From Actinomycetes bacterium (lineage in GTDB: Bacteria; Actinomycetota; Actinomycetes; Mycobacteriales; Mycobacteriaceae): a stretch of 64,000 nucleotides of DNA. The translations under genes were made by a program, and so were the position numbers. The first letter of the stretch is position 1. Every line of letters starts with the position of its first letter. The stretch lies in NCBI GenBank assembly GCA_023432405.1, contig JAEYUQ010000010.1:39775-103774 (forward strand), read 5' to 3'. Below, in pieces: positions 53,025 to 61,169 of the stretch. The notes beneath the pieces were generated by a model, which saw only the letters and a list, made by a program, of their open reading frames with translations, was not told where the DNA came from and did no database searches.

Positions 53025-54112
53025 CAGACACCCTCCCAGAGAGTCTCTACCCGCAGAGGATCTGAGCGCAGAACACCGATGCGGTGAAGATGACGGCGTC
53101 CATCCTGCGGGCGGCGTCGCATAGCAAGAACCACTTTTACCGCTGCGCTGAGCTGAGCGTGCAAGGCGTCTCGGGACATCCCACCAAGCATGGCGAGAGC
53201 CTCCATACGAGCGGGAATTTCCGTTGTACTGTTCGCATGGACTGTTCCACCGCCACCATCGTGACCAGTGTTCAATGCGGCAAGCAGATCAACTACTTCT
53301 CCACCACGGATTTCCCCCACCACAAGGCGGTCCGGACGCATTCTTAGTGCCTGACGTAACAGATCTGAGGAAGTGATGGCGCCACTACCCTCCACGTTGG
53401 ATTCCCGCACAATCAAATTGAGAACATGGGGATGATCCGGCAGAAGCTCCGGAGTGTCTTCAATACAAATGATTCGCTCTCGCTTTGGCATCTCAGCAAT
53501 GAGCGCCGAAAGCACAGTGGTTTTACCGGAACCTGTTCCGCCGGTCACCAAAAAAGAATCTCGCTGCCGGATCATAGACCTCAGGTACTCCAGAATCTCC
53601 TCCGGGAAAGCACCTTGTTCCATGAGTTTTTCTAAACTCACGTGACGCTGCCTCAGGACTCGGATACTGATGAGGGGATGCTTCAGGGATGGAGGGCTGA
53701 GCAGGCAATGCACCCGAAGATGAAGACCATCTTCTCTCATCATTGCACCATCCGCAGAGGGCTGAGCATCATCGAGTCTCCTGCCACAGGACACTGCCAA
53801 GCGCGTGGCTAAGCGTCGTACATCTGCATCACTGGCAAAGCTCACATCTGAACGCTCCAGCCCGTGACCACGGTCAAACCACACAGAATCAGGAGAATTA
53901 ACAACGACATCTGTCACCCCTGGGATACTCAGGAGCTTCTCGAGAGCACCTATTCCCACGGAGTCTTCCCGTAAGCTGCGCAAAGTGTCCAGCAAATCCA
54001 CATCGCTGATTACTCCAGCTTCCCTACGCACCAAAGCAGCCAACTGAGTGGGATCTGGAGCCTCTGGCATCTGGGCTACGCGAGTTTGGACCCGCTCAAT
54101 AAGAGAGTTCAT
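53024..54112 (-). CDS. tadA: TadA/CpaF pilus assembly ATPase
   Basis: GGTGSGKTT, IEDTPEL, LRMRPDRLVVGEIRG, NTGH and TVHANS. Confidence 0.94.
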   Translation of the reverse strand: MNSLIERVQTRVAQMPEAPDPTQLAALVRREAGVISDVDLLDTLRSLREDSVGIGALEKLLSIPGVTDVVVNSPDSVWFDRGHGLERSDVSFASDADVRRLATRLAVSCGRRLDDAQPSADGAMMREDGLHLRVHCLLSPPSLKHPLISIRVLRQRHVSLEKLMEQGAFPEEILEYLRSMIRQRDSFLVTGGTGSGKTTVLSALIAEMPKRERIICIEDTPELLPDHPHVLNLIVRESNVEGSGAITSSDLLRQALRMRPDRLVVGEIRGGEVVDLLAALNTGHDGGGGTVHANSTTEIPARMEALAMLGGMSRDALHAQLSAAVKVVLAMRRRPQDGRRHLHRIGVLRSDPLRVETLWEGV

Positions 54113-55164
54113 TCAATACTCTCCAGAACTTTGAGGGCTGCTCGTGAGAGTTGCTTGGGAATTCTATCCCCTAAACCCTCTGTTTCTGCTCTGCGAGCAA
54201 GACGTGGCAACACAGGTATATGAGCTGTGACCTCTACTTTTAAGACTTTTTCTAGATCTTCCAGCGTCAAACCTGAATACCCTATAGAACGCGCGACCAC
54301 CAGCAGAGGCTTCTTATACCCACGCCACCGCGCCAGGCAACCTGCTGCTGCAGCAACTCCTCGCACTTGCTGAGGAACCACCACAACCACAGCATCCGAT
54401 GCAGCAAGAACCACGTCAGTAATCTGGCCACTGCGGGAAGTATCTACAACGGTCATCCCGGGAGAGACACCTAAAGCTGCTATTGCTCCCTCCACCGTCC
54501 TGGATGATAAATGCCAAGGGTCCGCACACTGCGTGCGCTGTGTGGTGAGAAGTGCCGTTCCACAGCGGTGCTGCGGTAGAGCAGCCCGCAACGCTTCACC
54601 ATCCACTTTGCCCTGTTCAAGGTCAATGTCCTGCCAGCGGATTCCAGGAGTGCTTTCCATACCCATCAGCAGATCAAGGCCTCCTGAGTCTGGAACGGCG
54701 TCGATAAGGGTAGCGGGGGTTGCACGGGTGGCTAAGGCTACGGCCAGGCTGGACACCCCGATACCTCCACTGGCACCAGTAACAGCAATGGTTATTCCAC
54801 CTGTGCGCCCACTCCATTGAGGTTTACCCATATCACGTAGAAGCTCCGTGGCTTGAGCAGGAAGAGCGTAGGACGTTCCTACCTGGGCAGTACCTTCACG
54901 GGTGACCTCGTAGTTGGACGTGACTGCGTAGACACGGCAACCACCTGCCGAACCTCCCGATGTCAGCGCTGGATACACGCTCTGGACTTCTACGAAGGTA
55001 GATGTATCCAGCAGAGCAATCTGCGCCTCCCGAATCCTATCCGTTACCTCCGGGGCAGAGGAGCAACTCAGAATTTCCATACCTGTTGCTGCGGCGACAT
55101 GGATAGCTTCACTCTGGACAACGCCGTCGCCTACAGCAACGATGATTTTCTTCCCCAAACTCAT
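54109..55164 (-). CDS. ssd: Septum site-determining protein Ssd (CpaE/TadZ-like)
   Basis: GASGGIGVS and GGLDLLMG.E..PGIRW; first gene of the tad locus. Confidence 0.88.
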   Translation of the reverse strand: MSLGKKIIVAVGDGVVQSEAIHVAAATGMEILSCSSAPEVTDRIREAQIALLDTSTFVEVQSVYPALTSGGSAGGCRVYAVTSNYEVTREGTAQVGTSYALPAQATELLRDMGKPQWSGRTGGITIAVTGASGGIGVSSLAVALATRATPATLIDAVPDSGGLDLLMGMESTPGIRWQDIDLEQGKVDGEALRAALPQHRCGTALLTTQRTQCADPWHLSSRTVEGAIAALGVSPGMTVVDTSRSGQITDVVLAASDAVVVVVPQQVRGVAAAAGCLARWRGYKKPLLVVARSIGYSGLTLEDLEKVLKVEVTAHIPVLPRLARRAETEGLGDRIPKQLSRAALKVLESIE

Positions 55165-55217
55165 AGGCAGAAGTATGGGCGTATCCTCGTGAACCCACTA
55201 GAGACAAACGGGAGGGC

Positions 55218-55267
55218 TGTGGATAACCACCCTTTTTAGAGACACGTCAGCAAAAAACTGTGGATAG
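55218..55267. promoter_or_regulatory. Two DnaA-box-like sites upstream of ssd
   Basis: TGTGGATAA (55218-55226, perfect TTATCCACA) and TGTGGATAG (55259-55267). Confidence 0.5.
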
Positions 55268-55351
55268 CTCAGCTAGCACCCCACGAAATAGGCAATCCCC
55301 AAGATGTAGCTGAAAAAGGTCAAAGCAGCCGGTTGTACCGCAGAAGTGAAG

Positions 55352-55459
55352 AAAATAAAGGGACGGCCCGCGCTAAAGGGGGGGGGATGCGCGGGCCGTC
55401 ATCACCCGGTTTCGGGGGGCGAACCGGGGCAGGCCACACTGTATATCGGAGCCTTGCGT
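55352..55459 (-). ncRNA. 6C RNA
   Basis: Two hairpins with C-rich loops on the minus strand (CCCGGTTCG-C6-GAAACCGGG and GACGGCCCGCGC-AT-C9-TTTA-GCGCGGGCCGTC); canonical position between ssd and the HAD gene; TGTGTACCAT extended -10 upstream. Confidence 0.92.
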
Positions 55460-55633
55460 TGTCTTATGGTACACACCAGCGTGAAAGATGGCAACACGAG
55501 GCAATCAGTGTCACTTCTCCACTGACAGCCAGGTCAAGCCCAGGAGTATCAGCGCCACACAACAACTTGGTGGAACATGAGCCTGAGATTTCCTATCGCC
55601 TCTGAACCGGCGCAGCGGCTACACTAACCAGCA

Positions 55634-56473
55634 ATGGATATTCCTGAAATTCCCCACACGCCCACAGCTATGCCAAAGCGTCCCAAGACCGGCACCGTTG
55701 CTGCTTTCTTTGATTTGGATCGCACCATCATCGCCACCAGTTCTGCCCATGCGCTAGGCAAGGAGCTTTTCAGTGAGGGGCTCATAACCCCGTATCAGGC
55801 GCTCCATCTGAGCCTTGAAAAAGCTAGTCACCTCGTTGCAGGGCATAGCGAAAATCAGATGGAAGCTGCGCGCACGTGGTTTGGAGAGATGATTACCGGG
55901 TGGGATGTTGAGCAGGTGAAAAGCGTTGCCACTCAAGCTCTACGCACAGAAATCACCCCCACCGTGTATAAGGAAGCACGCGATCTCATTGAGCATCATG
56001 TCACCGCCGGACACCTCATTGTGATTGTGTCTGCCTCTGCTCAAGACCTGGTGGATATTATTGCCAATGAACTGGGAATTGCCCATGTACTTGCCACCCA
56101 ACTAGAGGTTGTGGACGGTAAGTACACAGGCAACATTCCGTTCTACTGCTCAGGGCCATATAAGGAACACAGCATCAGGGAATTTGCTTGCCTTTACGAC
56201 GTCGATCTCTCAGCGTCCTACGCATATTCAGACTCCATCACAGACCTGCCCATGCTCTCTGCCGTAGGACATCCGGTGGCTATTAACCCTGACCGTGCCC
56301 TGCGCCACCATGCCCAGGAACACAGCTGGCCTATCCACTCTTTCAAGAACCCTGTTCCTCTGTGGGATACTTCCACCACCGCCACCATTGGCATTGGTTC
56401 TGCCCTCACTCTGACCACCTTAGTGGGAGCGCTATGGTGGCGCTTGAGCCGCAATAACTCCAAGACACAGTAG
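55634..56473 (+). CDS. HAD-IB family hydrolase (Rv3661-like)
   Basis: FFDLDRT, VSAS and AYSDSITDLPML; C-terminal TM. Confidence 0.88.
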   Translation: MDIPEIPHTPTAMPKRPKTGTVAAFFDLDRTIIATSSAHALGKELFSEGLITPYQALHLSLEKASHLVAGHSENQMEAARTWFGEMITGWDVEQVKSVATQALRTEITPTVYKEARDLIEHHVTAGHLIVIVSASAQDLVDIIANELGIAHVLATQLEVVDGKYTGNIPFYCSGPYKEHSIREFACLYDVDLSASYAYSDSITDLPMLSAVGHPVAINPDRALRHHAQEHSWPIHSFKNPVPLWDTSTTATIGIGSALTLTTLVGALWWRLSRNNSKTQ

Positions 56474-56578
56474 CCCAACAGCGCAGATGAAGTGGGAGAT
56501 GTGACCTCAGCTCCTGCGAATTCCTCCGAACGTACTACACTGGACACGAACATTTATACCGGTACAAAGGATAATCAC

Positions 56579-57088
56579 GTGAGCAGCAAGGGCTTTTACA
56601 CCAACGGCGCCGAGGACATCTCGGCAGCCTCCACCAAGGTGAACTCCATTCCTCTGACGGATGTGGATTCTGATTCCAATGGTTCCATCGGCCAGCTGGT
56701 GAGCAACGCTACCCAGCAGATGTCCTCCCTCGTCCGTTCCGAAGTGGAGCTGGCAAAAACCGAACTGGCCTCCTCGGTGAAGCGCGGAGCTCTCGGCGGC
56801 GGTGTCCTGGGCGTCGCTGGAGTCATCGCGGCCTACTCTTCCTTCTTCTTCTTTTTCTTCCTCGCAGAACTCATCAGTATCTGGTTGCCACGCTGGTCTG
56901 CCTACCTGATTGTGTTCCTCTTTATGCTGGTTCTGGCCGGTATCTTGGCTCTCATCGGAGTGAAGAAGTTTAAGGGAATCAAGAAGCCCGAGAAGACCAT
57001 TGAATCCGTGTCAGAACTCAAGCACCTGGTGCCTGGAAAAGCAACGGCATCCCTGGAAGCTTCACGCTCCAGCGGAATGTTCAGCTAA
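56579..57088 (+). CDS. Actinobacterial holin-X / DUF1469 membrane protein
   Basis: SSLVRSEVELAKTE, two TM segments and PEKTIES; GTG at 56579. Confidence 0.85.
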   Translation: MSSKGFYTNGAEDISAASTKVNSIPLTDVDSDSNGSIGQLVSNATQQMSSLVRSEVELAKTELASSVKRGALGGGVLGVAGVIAAYSSFFFFFFLAELISIWLPRWSAYLIVFLFMLVLAGILALIGVKKFKGIKKPEKTIESVSELKHLVPGKATASLEASRSSGMFS

Positions 57089-57300
57089 CGTCCTTTCACG
57101 GCGCGTCCACAATCGTTATGCTTCGCCATAGTGTTTTCTTGGGCGCGCCTTTGTGCTTCCTCACCAGCTAACGCCGAACGCACAGCGCCTTCACCCAGCG
57201 CCAAACCCTATATGCCCGGCACCTAGTGCGCACACCACCGTTAGCTGTAGCTTTAGGTATTAGTTTTGTAGCCTGATGAAACCTGCCAGAAGGGTAAGCA

Positions 57301-58203
57301 ATGTCCCAACCAGAGCTTTCCCCCAATGTCCTAGCTCTCGACGGCCCCTTTCAGCACCGTCTCATCCATACCCGCGGCACACGTCTTCACATCGCTGAAG
57401 CAGGAGAACACACCGCCCCCCTCCTTCTACTCATTCACGATGCCTGGTCTGGGTGGTACATTTTCCGTTCTATTCTCCAGCCTCTCGCCGACGCCGGATG
57501 GCACGCAGTGGCAGTGGATCTTCGTGGATACGGGCTCAGCGATAAACCTCCACGGCGTCTGGGTTACAGCATAGAAAACGCCGTCAGCGATATGACCGGC
57601 CTCATCCAAGCACTAGGCCATAACAGCGCCACGGTTGTTGGAGTGGGAACCGGGGCTAGTTTGGGCTGGACTCTGGCAGCGCATAAGCCCGAACGAGTAA
57701 CGCAACTCATGGCGTGCGGTGTGCTACCACCTGAGGTAGAACGACGTCGTCAATGGAAAAAGCCCAGGAGCATGATGGGAGCCGTGGTATCTCGACTGCC
57801 CCAGTGGGTTGTTCAGAAAGCTCGCCAGCAGATTACGGCGCGTTATCTTCACTGGTTTGCCCACCACTACGGCAGTGCTTTTGTTGAGAAAGAAGCGCTT
57901 GAGGAGTCACTAGAGCTGCGGCGAAAATCGCTGAGTCTGAAGTATGCCTACAGGGCTGTTGTCTATACGCACCGCTTCCGCACAGCTCGACTGGGGAAAA
58001 CGTGGAAAGATGACGTTCCCGAGTGCGCGGTGGTTTATATCAAACCTCCCCGCACGTCCATGTGGGGAGAGGAAAGCAGCTTTTTCCCCACCCGGGTGGG
58101 GAAAACTCGGATTGATACGGCCGACCCTCTCCTGGCGGAGGCTCATCCAGAGGCTTTTCTGGGGTTGGTGACTCAGTACTTGACACCTCAGCAGGACTCC
58201 TAG
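57301..58203 (+). CDS. Alpha/beta hydrolase fold protein (EphE-like, degenerate active site)
   Basis: AVDLRGYGLSDKPP; nucleophile elbow reads GVGTG. Confidence 0.8.
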   Translation: MSQPELSPNVLALDGPFQHRLIHTRGTRLHIAEAGEHTAPLLLLIHDAWSGWYIFRSILQPLADAGWHAVAVDLRGYGLSDKPPRRLGYSIENAVSDMTGLIQALGHNSATVVGVGTGASLGWTLAAHKPERVTQLMACGVLPPEVERRRQWKKPRSMMGAVVSRLPQWVVQKARQQITARYLHWFAHHYGSAFVEKEALEESLELRRKSLSLKYAYRAVVYTHRFRTARLGKTWKDDVPECAVVYIKPPRTSMWGEESSFFPTRVGKTRIDTADPLLAEAHPEAFLGLVTQYLTPQQDS

Positions 58204-58209
58204 GGGTTG

Positions 58210-58271
58210 AGCCGCCCTCACCCCAACCAAGCTCAGCCGCCCTCACCCCAGCCAGACTCAGCCACCCTCAC
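58210..58271. repeat. 25 bp tandem repeat, about 2.5 copies
   Basis: AGCCGCCCTCACCCCARCCARRCTC units starting at 58210, 58235 and 58260. Confidence 0.85.
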
Positions 58272-58325
58272 ACATCGTGACCTGAGCGTCGGCAGGCACG
58301 TCAAGTTGAACCAGATTTCACTGCT

Positions 58326-59519
58326 CTAGGACTCCACACAACTGCCGGTGGCAACGGGATTCACCAGCTGAGTCAGGTCACCAATCTGGGATTGCACTTC
58401 TGAGGCAGTAAGGGCGTACCCGGTGTCTGCAGTATCCGTGGCAGCACCAAAAATCACTCCGAGAGCTTCTCCGTTGGGATTAATCAGGGGGCCGCCGGAA
58501 TTGCCCTGCTGAACAGAGGCTCTGATGGTGTAGACCTCACGTTCCCCTTGACCCGCCCCATAGATGTCAGGGCCGGTAATCCGCAGTTTGTCCCTGATTC
58601 GCGCAGGCTCAGCGATGAAGGGCCCAGACTTGGGATAACCCAGCACCACAGCATCCTCGGAGGATTGAGAACTCTCACTAGCCCAGGGCAAAGATGGTAG
58701 CTCCAAATCCCAAGAGTGAAGTACCGCCACATCCGTCATAGGGTTGAAGTACACCACCTCGGCTTCTTTCATCCCCAGAACAGTCTCTAACTCCACACTC
58801 TCTGCACCTGCCACCACATGAGCATTGGTAACCACATAGTCTGGAGCAGCCACCATGCCGGAACCAAGGAGGCGTCGGCTGCACTGCGGCGCCTGAGAAA
58901 TGACATGAACCACGCTGCTTCTGGCGCTTTGTACCCCTGGCGAAGCCACAATGGTTCCATCTGGCGGAGGCACCTCCTTATTAGGCATATCGCGCAGCCA
59001 CTCGGTGCTGATGGTGGGCCAGCCTGTGTCTTGAAGCATGGCGCTGATGTCTTGAGGCACCTCAGCTAAACGTTCTGGCGCTACCTTATCGACGGCGCTG
59101 AGAAGGTGTGAGTCCTCAATCCCCTCGGCCAGGCTGTTTTCCACAGTGGTTTTCAACGGCAAGGTAAGCATCCACACCACGAGGATGGTGGCTAAGCCCT
59201 GGAATAGCGCCCCACAGATGGAATCTAGGGTTTGGCCTTTGGTTTTCATGCCGCTGCGCAGATGATCGCCCAGGAGTCCGCCCATGCCGTTGCCCAAGCC
59301 AGAAAGCAGGATGATGGAGCACAAAGCAAGAACAAACCTTAAGGTTTTATCCTCTGTGAGCCCCATAATCACAGGGGCTAACGCAATTCCAGCAGTCAGA
59401 CCTGCAATTACTCCAATGGCGCTGAGGACGGAGGAAAAGGCCCCTGCTCTCCAGCCGCCGTACAGCGCAACACACAGTGCTACGGCCACCAGGAGATCAA
59501 CGATGAGTGATGGAGTCAT
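58326..59519 (-). CDS. marP: MarP-family membrane serine protease
   Basis: Four N-terminal TM segments, TNAHVV, DVAVL and GNSGGP. Confidence 0.92.
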   Translation of the reverse strand: MTPSLIVDLLVAVALCVALYGGWRAGAFSSVLSAIGVIAGLTAGIALAPVIMGLTEDKTLRFVLALCSIILLSGLGNGMGGLLGDHLRSGMKTKGQTLDSICGALFQGLATILVVWMLTLPLKTTVENSLAEGIEDSHLLSAVDKVAPERLAEVPQDISAMLQDTGWPTISTEWLRDMPNKEVPPPDGTIVASPGVQSARSSVVHVISQAPQCSRRLLGSGMVAAPDYVVTNAHVVAGAESVELETVLGMKEAEVVYFNPMTDVAVLHSWDLELPSLPWASESSQSSEDAVVLGYPKSGPFIAEPARIRDKLRITGPDIYGAGQGEREVYTIRASVQQGNSGGPLINPNGEALGVIFGAATDTADTGYALTASEVQSQIGDLTQLVNPVATGSCVES

Positions 59520-59564
59520 TCAGGTAGCTCACGCCTCCTTAGACTTGGGCTCAGACAGCCTATT

Positions 59565-60362
59565 TTACCGTCCGGTCTCATGATTCCGAGAATTACGCAA
59601 CGCCTCTTCCAGATTCACTGACGGTGAATCTCTCCAGTCGTCAATCCAGCCGCCAGCCTCCATGAGTTCAGCCAAAATCCGAGCGGTAAATCCCCAGATC
59701 AGATACCCCTGGCTATAAAAACCTGGTCCCTCATAGTCCCCCTGCACAGTCAGGACTCGGTTGTTGGGGTTGGCCAGCTTCCACAGTGAGGCAGAAAATA
59801 CTGCATCTAATTCCTCGGGACTGTGAACTCCCACCTCCATTGGATTCCTCCAATAGGCCAACACAGGGCACACCGGAGTACCACTTCTCCGCACATGCGC
59901 TGGCAGAAGCTGGGTCAAGGGATCCACGGATCGCCTGTCTAAGCCAATTTCCTCCCAAGCTTCTCGCAGCGCAGTATCCACCACGTTTTTATCCCCGGGA
60001 TCAATTTTCCCACCCGGGAAGGCGCACTGTCCCGAATGTGAGCGCAGATGTGGGGACCGATGTGTCAGCACCACACCGGCGTCAGGAGGCAACACAGACC
60101 AGTCTGGATCTCCAGTGAACAGCACCAACACGGCAGCCTTACTTCTCACGGGGGATGGTGGCTTACCTGCAGAGCTCGAATCCCTGGCAGAGGACCCCAA
60201 ACTTCCCACCAACCTCGAAGACCTACCAGTGTGGGAAGAGCCAGCAGTCAAGGGAATGCGGATACTGCGCTGGTGGGCAGCGCTCACCACATCTTCCAGC
60301 CACTCGGGTGCCCGGAGTGGGTCAAGTTCAGTGTTCTCTCCAGGAAAATCCTGCTCTATCAC
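59565..60362 (-). CDS. Nudix CoA pyrophosphatase
   Basis: HSGQCAFPGG, ALREAWEEIG and IWGFTA. Confidence 0.9.
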   Translation of the reverse strand: MIEQDFPGENTELDPLRAPEWLEDVVSAAHQRSIRIPLTAGSSHTGRSSRLVGSLGSSARDSSSAGKPPSPVRSKAAVLVLFTGDPDWSVLPPDAGVVLTHRSPHLRSHSGQCAFPGGKIDPGDKNVVDTALREAWEEIGLDRRSVDPLTQLLPAHVRRSGTPVCPVLAYWRNPMEVGVHSPEELDAVFSASLWKLANPNNRVLTVQGDYEGPGFYSQGYLIWGFTARILAELMEAGGWIDDWRDSPSVNLEEALRNSRNHETGR

Positions 60363-61168
60363 CGCGCACCTCCTGCACCCGCAAGAGCCGCATCAACCGC
60401 TTCTGTCAGCTCCTGCACAGAGTGAAAGGGCGTCGCCAAGGTAGAAACAACCCGCCCGTCATGTACCACCACAGTAATCGGTACGACGGCTGGAAGCTCC
60501 AACGCTGCTGCAAAGTGATTATTGGAGTCCTGGTAGGAGGGCATCGTCACCCCAAGCTCATTGAGTAGGTCTGCCCCGGCTGCAGCCTTACTATCCGCAT
60601 GAACACCAACCACCTGAAATTCCGGGTACTCCTGGGCAAAGCGCTCCAAAATGGGTAACTCCTCCCGACAGGGCTGACACCACCATGCCCACAGGTTCAC
60701 CACTGTGGCTTCCTTGGCGACGTCGCTTCTGGCAGACTCCTGCCCCTGGTCACCGCCTAAGCACTCAAGGTCCACTCCTGCAACCCCCCGGGCAGGGCAA
60801 TCTGGCCGGGCAGCCACCGGGACAGGAGACGCAGAGGCTTCTTCTGAGACGGTGAGCACGGAGTCTGTATTTTCTGCGCTTTCCGAAGTCTGGCGGAGAA
60901 ATAAGGGAAGCGCTGCGATAGCAAGGGCAACAATGAGAACAACGCCCACAAGGGACCATCGCACCATCGGGTCCAGACCTGAATTCGCCTCCGCGCCCAC
61001 GGAAGCCTTCGTCTCGGCCCCCACGGAAGCTTTCGCCTCGGTGTCCGCCGCGACTTTCGGCACTGTGTCACTGAGAGGTGCGTCGTTCAGTGTTGAATCC
61101 GGCTTCGCACCTGTCCTGGCTTGTCTGGAGATTCTGTCTGGACCGTTGCCCGGTTTACCGTTGCTCAC
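60359..61168 (-). CDS. TlpA-family membrane thioredoxin
   Basis: TM anchor and NLWAWWCQPCREELP. Confidence 0.9.
   Translation of the reverse strand: MSNGKPGNGPDRISRQARTGAKPDSTLNDAPLSDTVPKVAADTEAKASVGAETKASVGAEANSGLDPMVRWSLVGVVLIVALAIAALPLFLRQTSESAENTDSVLTVSEEASASPVPVAARPDCPARGVAGVDLECLGGDQGQESARSDVAKEATVVNLWAWWCQPCREELPILERFAQEYPEFQVVGVHADSKAAAGADLLNELGVTMPSYQDSNNHFAAALELPAVVPITVVVHDGRVVSTLATPFHSVQELTEAVDAALAGAGGAR
60984..61041. repeat. 24 bp in-frame tandem repeat in the tlpA N-terminus
   Basis: Encodes EAKASVGA-ETKASVGA-EA. Confidence 0.8.
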
Positions 61169-61169
61169 C

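Larger units (their letters stand above)
1096..58105. repeat. Dispersed over-represented motif TTCCCCAC(CCGGG) / (CCCGG)GTGGGGAA, at least 56 copies
   Basis: Hand-located exact 8-mers start at 1096, 4280, 6357, 8252, 12468, 12601, 16407, 17469, 17888, 19222, 19450, 20624, 21044, 21658, 21755, 21965, 21977, 22003, 22509, 23151, 23444, 23560, 28049, 28164, 28568, 29633, 30043, 30493, 31008, 31327, 31702, 31947, 32019, 32920, 32962, 34069, 34080, 34161, 34526, 35789, 35808, 36528, 36974, 37167, 37232, 38776, 40254, 40807, 41307, 47030, 48409, 48873, 49922, 55650, 58084, 58096. Confidence 0.92.

Noticed and set aside
56474..56578. Ms1 RNA downstream of the Rv3661-like gene
   Set aside because: The gap is only about 105 bp, too short for an Ms1-type RNA
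56579..57088. Holin-family gene as a prophage remnant
   Set aside because: Conserved chromosomal actinobacterial membrane protein in normal synteny
1096..58105. The motif as a Chi/KOPS-type polar signal, REP/MITE or G-quadruplex
   Set aside because: Present on both strands with bias following gene sense; mostly in-frame in CDSs with no longer shared body or target duplications; only two G-tracts per copy
50402..58271. Short repeats at 50402-50533 and 58210-58271 as CRISPR arrays
   Set aside because: Too few copies, no unique spacers of regular length and no cas genes
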